IMG/VR virus record: IMGVR_UViG_3300010429_000387 | Coordinates: 224,001-288,000 of that record | DNA: 64,000 bases | Direction: 5' to 3' (one strand) | From: a virus | Taxonomy: Duplodnaviria; Caudoviricetes | In this document: one piece after another, positions 28,851 through 38,390 of the stretch | Numbering within the stretch: position 1 is the first letter of the stretch | How the letters are laid out: each line of letters begins with the position of its first letter | Program-made: the position numbers and the translations under genes | The notes under the pieces: model-generated | Databases searched by the model: none | What the model saw: the letters and a program-made list of their open reading frames with translations, nothing else | Told to the model about the DNA's origin: nothing

Positions 28851-30149
28851 ATGCACAATGATCTCCCTCTGATTCAGAAGGTCGCCCGTAGTTGGGCAAG
28901 ACTTTCCTTTGAAGACCGGTACGCACGCCTTCTCCTCTCGATGTCCTTGGAGCAGGCCAAGAGCATCCTGGGGTTCCCTCCTGGGTCCAACCCAACTCCA
29001 ACGGAGATCACCAAGGCGTATCGAGCAAAGGCTTTGGAGAACCACCCGGATCGTGGGGGTGACCACACGAAGATGGTGGAGATCAATGTTGCCAAGGACA
29101 TCTTGGAGGGGAAGGGTCGGGCCACCTGGACTCCCGAACCAGCCCCTCGACCCCCTCGTAGGGAGCCTCCGAAGGCACCTGAGCCAGACTTCGTGATGGA
29201 GGGTCAGACCTTCGATCAGGCTTGGTCTGGCAACTCGCCCCCCGCTGGGGTTGAGTGGAAGTTCGTCTCGGTTCCTGAATACTACTGGGAGAAGACCTAC
29301 TACCCAGGGCACCGGATCTGGACCCTCTACGGGCAGACCGACTCCAAGCACATCTTCCTCGCAATCAAGGAGCGTGGGGAGAGCGCTGGAACCATCCCTA
29401 CCGACAAGGGGATGTTCACCAAGATGATGGAGGACTGGCAGGTCTCCTGGGTGGACGTTCCTCTGTCCCAGAACATCTCCAAGATCGCTACGAAGTATCT
29501 CAAGTCGGTGAGTACCGGCTGGGCTGATGGCTCCAAGCCCAAGCCCCCCAAGAAGTTCATCGCTTGGCCTGGTGGACGCCCAACCGATCAGATCATCAAG
29601 AAGCTCCCTCGTTCTGGGGGGGCCGCTCTCAAGGACATCTTGGTTGGAACCGGCCTTCTCAATGACGAGGATCCCTCCATCGCAGGGAGGAAGAGCGTTG
29701 TTGAGATTTACACCAAGTACAGCAAGGAGAAGATCCAGCGTCGGAAGGCGGAGGGGGCCTTCAAGGACGGGGCGGACAGCTACGACTTCTTCGTCCGTGT
29801 CAACGGGAAAGACTGTCAGTTGTCAGATTCCACGGTGGAGAACCTCAAGAAGCGGTTCATCCCGTGGGTTCTCAACTGGGAGATTTCCGAGGGTCGCCCG
29901 AAGAACCTGACCCGGATGCGTGGTGGTGGTCTGAAGTACCCGGCCTCGGAAGCCATCCAAGCCCTGGCCGATGCTCTGACCAATGAGCCTTCCTGGCTTC
30001 ACCTGGCGCTCATCAAGGCGTCGGAGGAGTACGACTCGAACAACAAGTCGGCCTCGTTGGCTGAGATTCGGTGTTCAATGACACTGAAGCAGGCGTCGGT
30101 GATCACTGGGATCCCGATGTACGACCTGTTCATGGTGCTCCATGGTTGA
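28851..30149 (+). CDS. J-domain (DnaJ-like) protein
   Basis: AKSILG...EITKAYRAKALENHPDRGGD...EINVAKDIL is a J-domain with an intact HPD motif. Confidence 0.8.
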   Translation: MHNDLPLIQKVARSWARLSFEDRYARLLLSMSLEQAKSILGFPPGSNPTPTEITKAYRAKALENHPDRGGDHTKMVEINVAKDILEGKGRATWTPEPAPRPPRREPPKAPEPDFVMEGQTFDQAWSGNSPPAGVEWKFVSVPEYYWEKTYYPGHRIWTLYGQTDSKHIFLAIKERGESAGTIPTDKGMFTKMMEDWQVSWVDVPLSQNISKIATKYLKSVSTGWADGSKPKPPKKFIAWPGGRPTDQIIKKLPRSGGAALKDILVGTGLLNDEDPSIAGRKSVVEIYTKYSKEKIQRRKAEGAFKDGADSYDFFVRVNGKDCQLSDSTVENLKKRFIPWVLNWEISEGRPKNLTRMRGGGLKYPASEAIQALADALTNEPSWLHLALIKASEEYDSNNKSASLAEIRCSMTLKQASVITGIPMYDLFMVLHG

Positions 30150-30717
30150 TCCGACCCCTGCCCCGACCGAGAAGTCCTTCGGAGAACGCACCTGGGAAGC
30201 CTTCAAGGCTACCATGGGCAAGCTCTGGGACTTCATCCGCTGGCTCAGTCCCAAGACCCTTGGGGTGATCCTGGCTGTGGTGGTCGTGGTGGGGGCCATC
30301 CTTCTCATCTCGATGGGCTTCAAGGAGCTTCAGGTTGGTGGGCTCCTTGGTTGGCTCCTGGGCAAGAAGCCCGCTGACGGGTCCAAGACCATTGAGATTG
30401 CCAACACAGTGGACCCCAAGAGGGTGGACAAGGATGGGAATCTCATCCCCATCGGGAAGCCAGACTCGAAGGGTGATACTCAGGCAGTGGTCGTTCCAAT
30501 CCAGGAGCCTGGGTTGTTCTCGGACCCCAAGACGGTGGTCTTCACCCCTCCCGGAGAGACCAAGCCCATCGAGGTGGTTCTCCCAGATGGGGTCACCAAC
30601 AAGGACGTGGACCAGGTCATCGTGGTCACTCCAAGCGTGATTGCGGTTACGGTCAAAGACAACTCTGGTGTACCTGCTCAGAAGGTTGATGATCTTCTGA
30701 AGAAGTATGGTGGATGA
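30142..30717 (+). CDS. membrane-anchored protein
   Basis: Strong TM helix LGVILAVVVVVGAILLISMG followed by a soluble domain. Confidence 0.65.
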   Translation: MVDPTPAPTEKSFGERTWEAFKATMGKLWDFIRWLSPKTLGVILAVVVVVGAILLISMGFKELQVGGLLGWLLGKKPADGSKTIEIANTVDPKRVDKDGNLIPIGKPDSKGDTQAVVVPIQEPGLFSDPKTVVFTPPGETKPIEVVLPDGVTNKDVDQVIVVTPSVIAVTVKDNSGVPAQKVDDLLKKYGG

Positions 30718-30992
30718 TGCCCAGCTCCAGCCCCCTCGATCAGTTCATCGCCTCCCGAGTCAAAGCCCGGTTTGCAGCCAAGGATACCGAGGAGAAGGAC
30801 AAGAAGAAGCTCCTGATGGCTATCTACAAGCGGATGCCCATCGGGAACAAGCATCTTCGTGGTGGCAAGCACACCATCATGTTCTCTGGCTCGTCTGCCA
30901 AGGAATACGGGGTAGACAACTACACTAGCGTCGTCCTCGAAGAGCTTTCGATGGAAGAGCTGAAGAAAGCAGCCAAGGCCGTCGGGGCCTGA
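30714..30992 (+). CDS. small protein with N-terminal PLDQFIASRVKARF tag
   Basis: 92 aa, ATGA overlap with the upstream gene; N-terminus shared with 31002. Confidence 0.7.
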   Translation: MMPSSSPLDQFIASRVKARFAAKDTEEKDKKKLLMAIYKRMPIGNKHLRGGKHTIMFSGSSAKEYGVDNYTSVVLEELSMEELKKAAKAVGA

Positions 30993-31001
30993 AGGATCGT
31001 C

Positions 31002-31898
31002 ATGAAACCTGAACTCAATCCTCTCGATCAGTTCATTGCCGCCCGAGTCAAGGACAGGTTTGCCTCCTCAACCAAGGTGGCTGATGTCAACGACTACCCG
31101 GCAGCCTACAACGCCACCAAGTCGGCTGATGCTGCTATTGCTGGGCTCATCACCACCTCCAAGCGGTATGAGAGTGCAGCCAAGTCGGCCCTGGCGGACC
31201 TCGCCAAGGCGGTGGACGGCATCCCGGCTGGTCTGGAGAAGCTCGGGGTCAGCCCCAAGGGCCTTCAGAGGTACCAGACCCAGGCAGTGAACTTGATCAA
31301 GGCTGCTCAGAAGGGCCACCCACTACGGGCCTACAGCACCTACAAGAGTGATGCTCCGATCAGCAAGCTCCAGAAGGTCCTGGTCACGCTCGGGAGTGCA
31401 GCCTTGAAGTCTTCGGGGGTTGGGACCAAGATTCTCAAGCCGGTCATGGTCCAGCACCTCTTCAAGACGGACGTGGCTCCGTCTCTTGATGCCCTCAAGA
31501 GTGCCTGTGATGACTGGTACGAGTCGGCAAGCAACGCCTCTCATGAGATCGAGCGATCCATTTCAGCCGGTGGTTGGCTTGCTGCTGAGCCAACCCGTTC
31601 TGGGTTCGGACCAGATCCAGAGTGGGAGAAGTATGCCAAGGCCCAGAGGGAGTTTGCCAAGGAAGCTCACGACCTGGCAGACATCGTCCGCCACAATGCC
31701 ATCGGGCTCCCCCTGGCAGCCTCCTCGTTCGAGGATTGCGTGGATGTGGACGTGTGCCTCAAGACCATGGGCAAGGCTTGTACGGACCTCCTCAAGCTCC
31801 ACGAGAAGTTCGGCAAGGAGTGGGGTGACTTCCGGTCCAAGCTCCAAGACAAGGAGACCACAGGTCAGCGCTCCTTGTTCGCCAGATCGGAGGGGTGA
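31002..31898 (+). CDS. helical protein with N-terminal PLDQFIAARVKDRF tag
   Basis: 298 aa, Ala/Lys-rich, AAGGA upstream. Confidence 0.7.
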   Translation: MKPELNPLDQFIAARVKDRFASSTKVADVNDYPAAYNATKSADAAIAGLITTSKRYESAAKSALADLAKAVDGIPAGLEKLGVSPKGLQRYQTQAVNLIKAAQKGHPLRAYSTYKSDAPISKLQKVLVTLGSAALKSSGVGTKILKPVMVQHLFKTDVAPSLDALKSACDDWYESASNASHEIERSISAGGWLAAEPTRSGFGPDPEWEKYAKAQREFAKEAHDLADIVRHNAIGLPLAASSFEDCVDVDVCLKTMGKACTDLLKLHEKFGKEWGDFRSKLQDKETTGQRSLFARSEG

Positions 31899-32506
31899 TG
31901 GCTCGGATCCTGGCACTCTTGACGGTCCTTGGGTTCTTGCTCGGGGCTTCCCCGGTCATGGCCCAGGGGACCTGTGATGCAGGGTCAACCTGTGTCCCTC
32001 CTGAGGACCTGAAGGTCTTCGTCCAGCTCCTCAAGGACAAGAAGTGCCAGCAGACCACCCAACCCACCTTCAAACTGGACCCAGTCAACATCGTGGTGGA
32101 CCAGGATGGCCGGGTCTACTACTCCGGGGCTGAGCCCCACCCCTACACTCTTCGGATGAGCTGGTGCAACTACGAGGTGACCGCCACTGGGAAGGTGGAC
32201 CTCGTAGTTGCCAAGAAAGAGCCCCCCACTTGGGGGTTCCGATTCCGGCCCAAGTTTGCTGGGAGCTTCCTCTTCGTAGACGCTTTCGAGCGCCCTACCG
32301 CTGCTGAAGCTGTTGATGTCGGTTTTCTTTGGGAATTTCTCTACTGGAAGTCCCTGAACCTCAACCTTGCCACCGGATTCAGGTCGGCTGGTGCTGGGGT
32401 CGGCTTCGATGTGACCAAGAACTTCGGTGTCTATGGGGGTTACGCCTTTTCTTGGTGGACTCTGAAGCACAACCCTCAGGCCGGGCTGTACTTCGCTTTC
32501 TGGTGA
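31895..32506 (+). CDS. secreted protein with outer-membrane beta-strand-like C-terminal domain
   Basis: Signal peptide (MARILALLTVLGFLLGASPVMA); amphipathic aromatic strands; ends AGLYFAFW. Confidence 0.6.
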   Translation: MMARILALLTVLGFLLGASPVMAQGTCDAGSTCVPPEDLKVFVQLLKDKKCQQTTQPTFKLDPVNIVVDQDGRVYYSGAEPHPYTLRMSWCNYEVTATGKVDLVVAKKEPPTWGFRFRPKFAGSFLFVDAFERPTAAEAVDVGFLWEFLYWKSLNLNLATGFRSAGAGVGFDVTKNFGVYGGYAFSWWTLKHNPQAGLYFAFW

Positions 32507-32521
32507 ACTCGGAGGGTCATC

Positions 32522-32701
32522 ATGGGTGCTAATGAAAAGCAGCAGCTATCTGAGCTGAAAGTAGAGGCAGAGCAGTTCCGGAAGGCCGTCGAAGACCTCC
32601 ATGAAGTAGTCACCACCCTGAGCGAGGCATCTCCAACAGAATCCGGGTTGCGGCTCACAGGGTCGGTAAAGGCTCAGGATCCGGTGTATCAAGTGGCCTG
32701 A
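32522..32701 (+). CDS. small coiled-coil protein (59 aa, not in the ORF track)
   Basis: MGANEKQQLSELKVEAEQFRKAVEDLHEVV...; GGAGG at 32511; its TGA overlaps the ATG of the helicase. Confidence 0.55.
   Translation: MGANEKQQLSELKVEAEQFRKAVEDLHEVVTTLSEASPTESGLRLTGSVKAQDPVYQVA
32682..32688 (+). promoter_or_regulatory. CGGTGTA promoter motif
   Basis: 12 nt upstream of ATG 32701; recurrent oriented motif. Confidence 0.6.
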
Positions 32702-34440
32702 TGCCCGAAGCTACACCCACTGTTTCGCCCGCCGAACGGTTCAAGCAGGTCTACGAGCAGCTCCAGAAGGTTCGAGCGAGCAAGACCGTAGAGCTGAAGC
32801 CGACCAAGATGCTCCGTGAGACCATCACGGGTTTCGACGGAACCCTCCAGCCACTCAAGCTCAGGTACTACCAGGCCCAAGGAATCTACCACCTCTTGGT
32901 GGTCTCCCGGATGGTTCTGGGGGATGGGACCGGCCTAGGGAAGACCGTCCAGGCTCTTGGAGCCCTCTGCTACGTCTGGGATCGGGACCCAGAGTACAAG
33001 GTCATGGTGGTCTGTCCCAAGTCCGCCATCGGGCAGTGGGCTTCGGAGATCGACAAGTTCACCCTTGGGGTGAAGTGGTTCATTGCCTCGGGTACTGTTC
33101 AGCAACGGATTGCTGCTTACCAGGCGTGGGAGAAGCATGTAGGCCCAGCAGTCTTGATCGTGAACTACCACGGCCTGGTCCGAGACTGGGACCATGGGAT
33201 CAAGAAGGAGGCTCCCCCTCCTGGGTCGAAGCCAGGTACCCAGCCGACCTTGGGTCGAGGTCTTCTCGATGCCATGACGTTTCGATTCCCGAAGCTCACG
33301 GTCATCTTCGATGAGGCCACGGCATTCAAGAACCCGAGCACGAAGACCCACCAGACCTGCAAGTTCCTCTCCCAGAGGGCCAAGAAGGTCTGGGGTCTCA
33401 CGGCAACCCTCCTCAAAAACAACTTGATGGAGGGCTTCGGCATCTACAAGGTCATCCGACCGGAGACCTTCAGCACCAAGAGTGCCTTCCTCGACACCTA
33501 TTGCGTCACCGAGCTTCAGCGGGTCAAGGGAGGGGGCAAGATTCCCATCGTGGTCGGGTACCGAAACCTGGAGCACTTCCGAAAGACCATCGACCCTTTC
33601 TTCTACGGGAGACCCAAGCACGCTGTCTCTACTGAACTCCCGGCTCTCACCACCCGAGAGATCACCTGCGAACTGTCCCCAGTTGAGGATAAGAAGTACG
33701 CTGAGGCTCTTGCCGGAATCCTGGAGATGGGTGACGGAGAGCTTCGGGACTACACTGATACCAAGCAACTCACGAGCCTCATCTACGCCCAGGAGGTCTG
33801 TGACTCTCTCGGGCTTCTCAAGTTTGAAGATGGTGACGAGGTTGGGGACCATGCCTTCGAGGGTCGAAGCTCGAAAGAGTCTGCCTTGGTGGACCTCATC
33901 ACCGAGGAGTTCGACGGTGAGAAGGTCATCATCTACACCCGCTTCGAGAAGCTGGTGGGACGCCTTCAGAAGATCCTAGCCAAGGAAGGGATCAGGAGTG
34001 TTGCCATCACCGGCAAGGTGAACAAGGCGGCTGACCGAAAGAAGGCCCAGGACCAGTTCCAGGACCTCAACAGCAAGGTCTCGGTCATCTTCATCACTGA
34101 CGCCGGGAGTGAGGCCATCAACCTTCAGGCGGCCTCCGCCATGGTCTTCTTCGATACCCCTTGGAGCTGGGGGAACTACGTCCAACTCCTTGGCCGAATG
34201 ATCCGAATCGGGTCTCCCCACCAGAACGTTCTGGCAATTCACCTCATCGCTCGAAGGCCCGGTCAGAAGGGCAAGAAGAGTGAGACCATCGACCACAAGG
34301 TCGTCCAAAAGCTCCGCCGGAAGAAGGGGCTCATCGACCAAATCATCGGTGAGGCAGCCGTTGGGGCCTTGAAGTTCGAGCGTGGTGAAGGTGACCTCAA
34401 GGAACTGCTGCATTCCATCAAAGAAGACGCTCGGGGCTGA
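32701..34440 (+). CDS. SNF2-family (SF2) helicase
   Basis: LRYYQ, GDGTGLGKT, DEAT, LTAT, EAINLQ and QLLGRMIRIG motifs. Confidence 0.9.
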   Translation: MPEATPTVSPAERFKQVYEQLQKVRASKTVELKPTKMLRETITGFDGTLQPLKLRYYQAQGIYHLLVVSRMVLGDGTGLGKTVQALGALCYVWDRDPEYKVMVVCPKSAIGQWASEIDKFTLGVKWFIASGTVQQRIAAYQAWEKHVGPAVLIVNYHGLVRDWDHGIKKEAPPPGSKPGTQPTLGRGLLDAMTFRFPKLTVIFDEATAFKNPSTKTHQTCKFLSQRAKKVWGLTATLLKNNLMEGFGIYKVIRPETFSTKSAFLDTYCVTELQRVKGGGKIPIVVGYRNLEHFRKTIDPFFYGRPKHAVSTELPALTTREITCELSPVEDKKYAEALAGILEMGDGELRDYTDTKQLTSLIYAQEVCDSLGLLKFEDGDEVGDHAFEGRSSKESALVDLITEEFDGEKVIIYTRFEKLVGRLQKILAKEGIRSVAITGKVNKAADRKKAQDQFQDLNSKVSVIFITDAGSEAINLQAASAMVFFDTPWSWGNYVQLLGRMIRIGSPHQNVLAIHLIARRPGQKGKKSETIDHKVVQKLRRKKGLIDQIIGEAAVGALKFERGEGDLKELLHSIKEDARG

Positions 34441-34443
34441 CCT

Positions 34444-34450
34444 CGGTGTA
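34444..34450 (+). promoter_or_regulatory. CGGTGTA promoter motif
   Basis: Intergenic, 12 nt upstream of ATG 34463. Confidence 0.6.
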
Positions 34451-34462
34451 TAGGGGGTAGCT

Positions 34463-35410
34463 ATGAGCGAAGACCAACCTGTCTACTCGCCAGGGGACCC
34501 AAACTGCACTCTTTGTGGGGGTTTGGGTATGATCCGAAAGGGCCTCGACACCTTCCAGTGCCGTTGTGCGTTCGTCAAGAATGTGAAGCGTCGGCTTGGG
34601 AAGGACATCATGAACGCTCACCCAGCGGTCTACTCCTCTCCGCTGTACGAGCCCGCCAAAGACGGTGGTCTGCCAACTGTAGACCGGACGACCGAGAACT
34701 TGTTCATCCGTGCCAGGTGGGAGGATTTCCTCCCCCACTTCAAGTTGGCGGCAACCAACCTTCTGTCGAGGACCAGCTTTCAGTGGTACTTCCAGATCGT
34801 CACCGATGAGCGAATCAAGTCGGTCTACGTCGGGAACGAAGCCTACAATGCTCGGGCGAGGAAGAAGCGAGATGACGTTGTCACCTTCAACAGCCTGGCC
34901 GATCTGATCGGTGGGGACTTTGACTTGGTGGTCATTCAGCTTGGGTATCTTGGACACAAGAACGTGGCTGCCCCAGGGGCTTTGAAAGAGGCCCTTCTCA
35001 TCCGACAGGCTGCCAACAAGCCCACCTGGATTGTTGACCCAAACGAAGAAGCGGGCAGGTTCCAACCGGGGCACCATGCCTATAGCCAGGACTTGGCCGA
35101 GTACCTTGCCCTACGCTACCTGGAGTTGGACCTCAAGATCGAGAGAGAGGTCCCCTTGCCGAAGCGAATCGAGACCGGCTACCAGGGGGCTCCCATTTCA
35201 ACAGGGGACGAAGAGGGGCTTGCTTTGGATGATGCTGGTGACCCTCCCCCACCTCGCCAGGTCCCCCAGCGCATGAAGATACCCAAGGGTCCACCTGTAG
35301 ACCTGACCCCCTCTTCAACGGTTGACCTCAACAACGATCCTGTCCTGGGTACAGGGTCGGGAGCCAAGAAGAAGTACAAGGGTGGTCGTGGCTTTGGGGG
35401 TGACCAATGA
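34463..35410 (+). CDS. Zn-ribbon protein, possible degenerate DnaC/IstB-like helicase loader
   Basis: CTLCGGLG...CRC N-terminus; FDLVVI and R....KPTWI resemble the DnaC C-terminal half, but there is no Walker A; overlaps the start of dnaB. Confidence 0.45.
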   Translation: MSEDQPVYSPGDPNCTLCGGLGMIRKGLDTFQCRCAFVKNVKRRLGKDIMNAHPAVYSSPLYEPAKDGGLPTVDRTTENLFIRARWEDFLPHFKLAATNLLSRTSFQWYFQIVTDERIKSVYVGNEAYNARARKKRDDVVTFNSLADLIGGDFDLVVIQLGYLGHKNVAAPGALKEALLIRQAANKPTWIVDPNEEAGRFQPGHHAYSQDLAEYLALRYLELDLKIEREVPLPKRIETGYQGAPISTGDEEGLALDDAGDPPPPRQVPQRMKIPKGPPVDLTPSSTVDLNNDPVLGTGSGAKKKYKGGRGFGGDQ

Positions 35411-38166
35411 AGGGCCTTCTGCGAAGTGTTCTCGACATTGATGGGGGCATCACCCAAGAGAACCTGGTCTCCAACTTCCAGAAGCTCTTGGCCTCCAAGG
35501 TTGAGTGGACCCAACCTGCCGATCAGAGGATCTTCGACTTTGCCAAGGTCTACTTCCATCAAAGGCTCGAACTTCCTGCCCGGCAGACGGTAGCGGACTA
35601 TTTTGAAGCCAAGAAGGACTACGAGGCTCAGGAGAGACTCAAGGACTTTGATGGGGTCACGGCGTACATCCGGACGAACTACGCCCACCTTCTCAGCACG
35701 ACGGTCGAGGAACAGAACAAGATCAAGGCTCTAGCCATCCTCAAAGAGGCCCAGGAGATCATCGCCAAGGGCCTCGTGATCGGGGATGAGAAGAAGCAGG
35801 GCCTTCGGGATGGGATCCTGCACTTTACCCAGAGTGCCCATCAGCTTCTCGTGTACGAGCACAACTCCCGTCTCCAGGGGAACATCCGGGAAGACGGGCA
35901 GGCTGTCTGGGATGAGTACCTGGACGCCAAGTCGAACAAGGCTCTCGCCTGGGGCAAGTTCTGCGGACTCAACAACATCGACAAGGTCATTCGAGGCATC
36001 AAGAAGGGTGAACTCTGGCTTCACGCTGCCTTCACAGGTGAGCTGAAGTGCCTTCCTGGAGATGCCACTGTCTTTGACCACCGGACAGGTACCAGGCGTT
36101 GCCTTTCCGAGCTGTACGCTTCTGGTGACCTCCCCGTTGTGACTGCCTTGGACCGAGAAGGTGAGACTTTCAACCTTCTCCCTGCCCCTGCTTCCCATCT
36201 GGTCCAGAATGGGGTTCGTGAGGTGTTTGACCTCAATCTCTCGTCCGGTCGGAGGGTTGGGGCTACAAGCAACCACAAGTTCTTCACCCCCTCTGGGTGG
36301 AAAGAACTTGGTGACTTGCATGAAGGTGACTTCGTAGCGGTACCTCGTCAGATGCGGGTGGCCGCAAAGACATCACTCTTCACAGATGCAGAGGTGAAGG
36401 TCGTCGGCTATCTTCTCGGTGACGGCTCCTTCAAGGAGTACATCTCGTTCACGGCATCCAATGAGCACATTCGAGATGACTTCAAGGAGTGCCTCGTTGA
36501 GATGGGCCTCCAGGAGGGTTCTGCGGACTACGTCACAGCTTCGTTCAGAGATGAGTTTTCAAACGACCGGGCTCCTTGCATTCGTGTGAGCCACAGCACG
36601 GGAGTTGGGAACTCGGAGATGGTGTCCCCTGTCAGATTGCTCCTGGACTCACTGGGACTTTGGGGTCTTGGTGCTGGGGACAAGCGAGTCCCCAATGAGT
36701 TGTTTGGCTTACCGGAGAATCAAGTAGCCCTCCTAGTGGGGGCCTTGTGGTCAACAGATGGGTCATGCTGCACCGGAGATTACGAGATGGGTGATCGAGC
36801 TACCCCGTGTCGTCGAAATGACATCACCTATGCCTCCAAGAGCTTGACTCTGTGCTCAGACATCCAGTCCCTCCTTTTGCGATTGGGTATCCAGTCTTCA
36901 GTCACCCAGGTAGATACTACCTACAAAGGTGAGCCCTACACGTTCTACACGGTGCGGGTAGTCACCAACCACTCAAAGCGAAAGTTCGTGGAGACCATCC
37001 ATGTGGTGGGCAAAGACTCCAGGTTTGCAGTCTTGTGGGGTCGGCTTCCAGATACCGACGGGAGGGTAGTTCCGTCGGTATTTCTTCCAGATGACCGCAA
37101 AGTACCCATGTCACGGGGGTACTATCGCTACTCCAAGTTCGCTAAGGACCGTCCAACAGTTACTCTTGAGTGGGCTAGAAAGTTCTCTCAACCGGGGGAC
37201 ACCCTCCTCAATCATGCCCTTGATGGGGACTTGGATTGGGAGCAGGTCAAGTCAGTCACCCGTCGTGGAATGGAGATGACCTACGATCTATCTGTTCCGA
37301 AACATCACTCTTTCGTGGTGAATGACATCGTGAGTCACAACACCACGTTTGCCATGAACTGGTGCTACAACCTCGTTACTCGGTACCGTTCCAACGTCTA
37401 CTACGTCACGTTGGAGATGCCCTACGAGCAGGTCCGCAAGAAAATCTACGTCATCCACTCGGAGAACCCCATCTTCGAGGAGATGGGCTACAAGCCTCTC
37501 GACTACGACAAGGTCTGTGCTGGAACTCTGACTCCTGAAGAGGAGGCGTTCTACCAGATCGTCATCAAGGACTTCTGCAACAACCCGGAGTATGGCTCCT
37601 TCGATGTCTGGGGTCCGGATGAGGATGTCACCACCGATGACATCAAGATGCAGGCGGAACTCCGGCACCAGCAGGAGGAGATCCACCTCCTGGTCATCGA
37701 CCACGGTGGCCTGGTTGAGGCCAGGAAGCGCAAGAGGGGTAAGGACTACACCATCGAGCTGAACTCAGTCCTACGGGATGCCAAGAAGCTCGCCCTTCAC
37801 TTCAACCACGGTGAGAAGGTCCCAGTCTTGTTGCTCTTCCAGATCAACCGAGACGGCAAGGACTACGCTGACAAGATGGAGGGCCGCTACAAGCTCAGGG
37901 CTCTCTCCTATGCCAACGAAGCTGAGCGCTCAGCGGACGTGATCACCACCACCTACCTGAACGAGGACCACCGAAAAGCAGGTACCGTGCTCTTCGACTG
38001 CCTCAAGCGTCGAGACGGAGCGTTTTTCGCACCCTTCCTGGCAGCCGTCCACTGGCCGACACAACGCATCCTGAATCACGAGACGTTCCATGGGGCCAAC
38101 GACAAGGGCCTCTCGATGGATGAAAGTCGAGCTGTTCAGGACATGATGTTCCAGATCCAGGTGTAG
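35407..38166 (+). CDS. dnaB: replicative DnaB-like helicase with intein
   Basis: GLNNID...GIKKGEL, Walker A AFTGELK/TT, TLEMP, LLVIDH, QINR and ERSADVI; 488 aa after splicing. Confidence 0.85.
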   Translation: MKGLLRSVLDIDGGITQENLVSNFQKLLASKVEWTQPADQRIFDFAKVYFHQRLELPARQTVADYFEAKKDYEAQERLKDFDGVTAYIRTNYAHLLSTTVEEQNKIKALAILKEAQEIIAKGLVIGDEKKQGLRDGILHFTQSAHQLLVYEHNSRLQGNIREDGQAVWDEYLDAKSNKALAWGKFCGLNNIDKVIRGIKKGELWLHAAFTGELKCLPGDATVFDHRTGTRRCLSELYASGDLPVVTALDREGETFNLLPAPASHLVQNGVREVFDLNLSSGRRVGATSNHKFFTPSGWKELGDLHEGDFVAVPRQMRVAAKTSLFTDAEVKVVGYLLGDGSFKEYISFTASNEHIRDDFKECLVEMGLQEGSADYVTASFRDEFSNDRAPCIRVSHSTGVGNSEMVSPVRLLLDSLGLWGLGAGDKRVPNELFGLPENQVALLVGALWSTDGSCCTGDYEMGDRATPCRRNDITYASKSLTLCSDIQSLLLRLGIQSSVTQVDTTYKGEPYTFYTVRVVTNHSKRKFVETIHVVGKDSRFAVLWGRLPDTDGRVVPSVFLPDDRKVPMSRGYYRYSKFAKDRPTVTLEWARKFSQPGDTLLNHALDGDLDWEQVKSVTRRGMEMTYDLSVPKHHSFVVNDIVSHNTTFAMNWCYNLVTRYRSNVYYVTLEMPYEQVRKKIYVIHSENPIFEEMGYKPLDYDKVCAGTLTPEEEAFYQIVIKDFCNNPEYGSFDVWGPDEDVTTDDIKMQAELRHQQEEIHLLVIDHGGLVEARKRKRGKDYTIELNSVLRDAKKLALHFNHGEKVPVLLLFQINRDGKDYADKMEGRYKLRALSYANEAERSADVITTTYLNEDHRKAGTVLFDCLKRRDGAFFAPFLAAVHWPTQRILNHETFHGANDKGLSMDESRAVQDMMFQIQV
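36049..37341 (+). mobile_element. intein with LAGLIDADG homing endonuclease (431 aa) in DnaB Walker A
   Basis: Starts CLPGD; block B TSNHKF; YLLGDG and LWSTDG motifs; ends TYDL...IVSHN followed by Thr. Confidence 0.92.
38159..38165 (+). promoter_or_regulatory. AGGTGTA variant of the promoter motif
   Basis: 9 nt upstream of ATG 38175. Confidence 0.4.
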
Positions 38167-38174
38167 TAGAGGGA

Positions 38175-38390
38175 ATGAGCTGCCTTCTATGTGGGGGGAC
38201 CGGCCTGAGGGTTGTATCTCGGGCCGGTGACCCCGTGCCTGGATACCCTCAGAACGGACACACCCGAACGGTCTTTGCTTCGACTACCTACGTGACTTGC
38301 GACTGCCGCATTGTTCGTCTAGGCCCCATTTCACCGAGCCTTGAGGTTCCAGCCCCAACCAGGTTCGAGAGGGTAGTGGACCGTGCATGA
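38175..38390 (+). CDS. small Zn-ribbon protein with C-terminal PTRFER tag
   Basis: CLLCGGTG...CDC; ATGA overlap with the next gene. Confidence 0.6.
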   Translation: MSCLLCGGTGLRVVSRAGDPVPGYPQNGHTRTVFASTTYVTCDCRIVRLGPISPSLEVPAPTRFERVVDRA

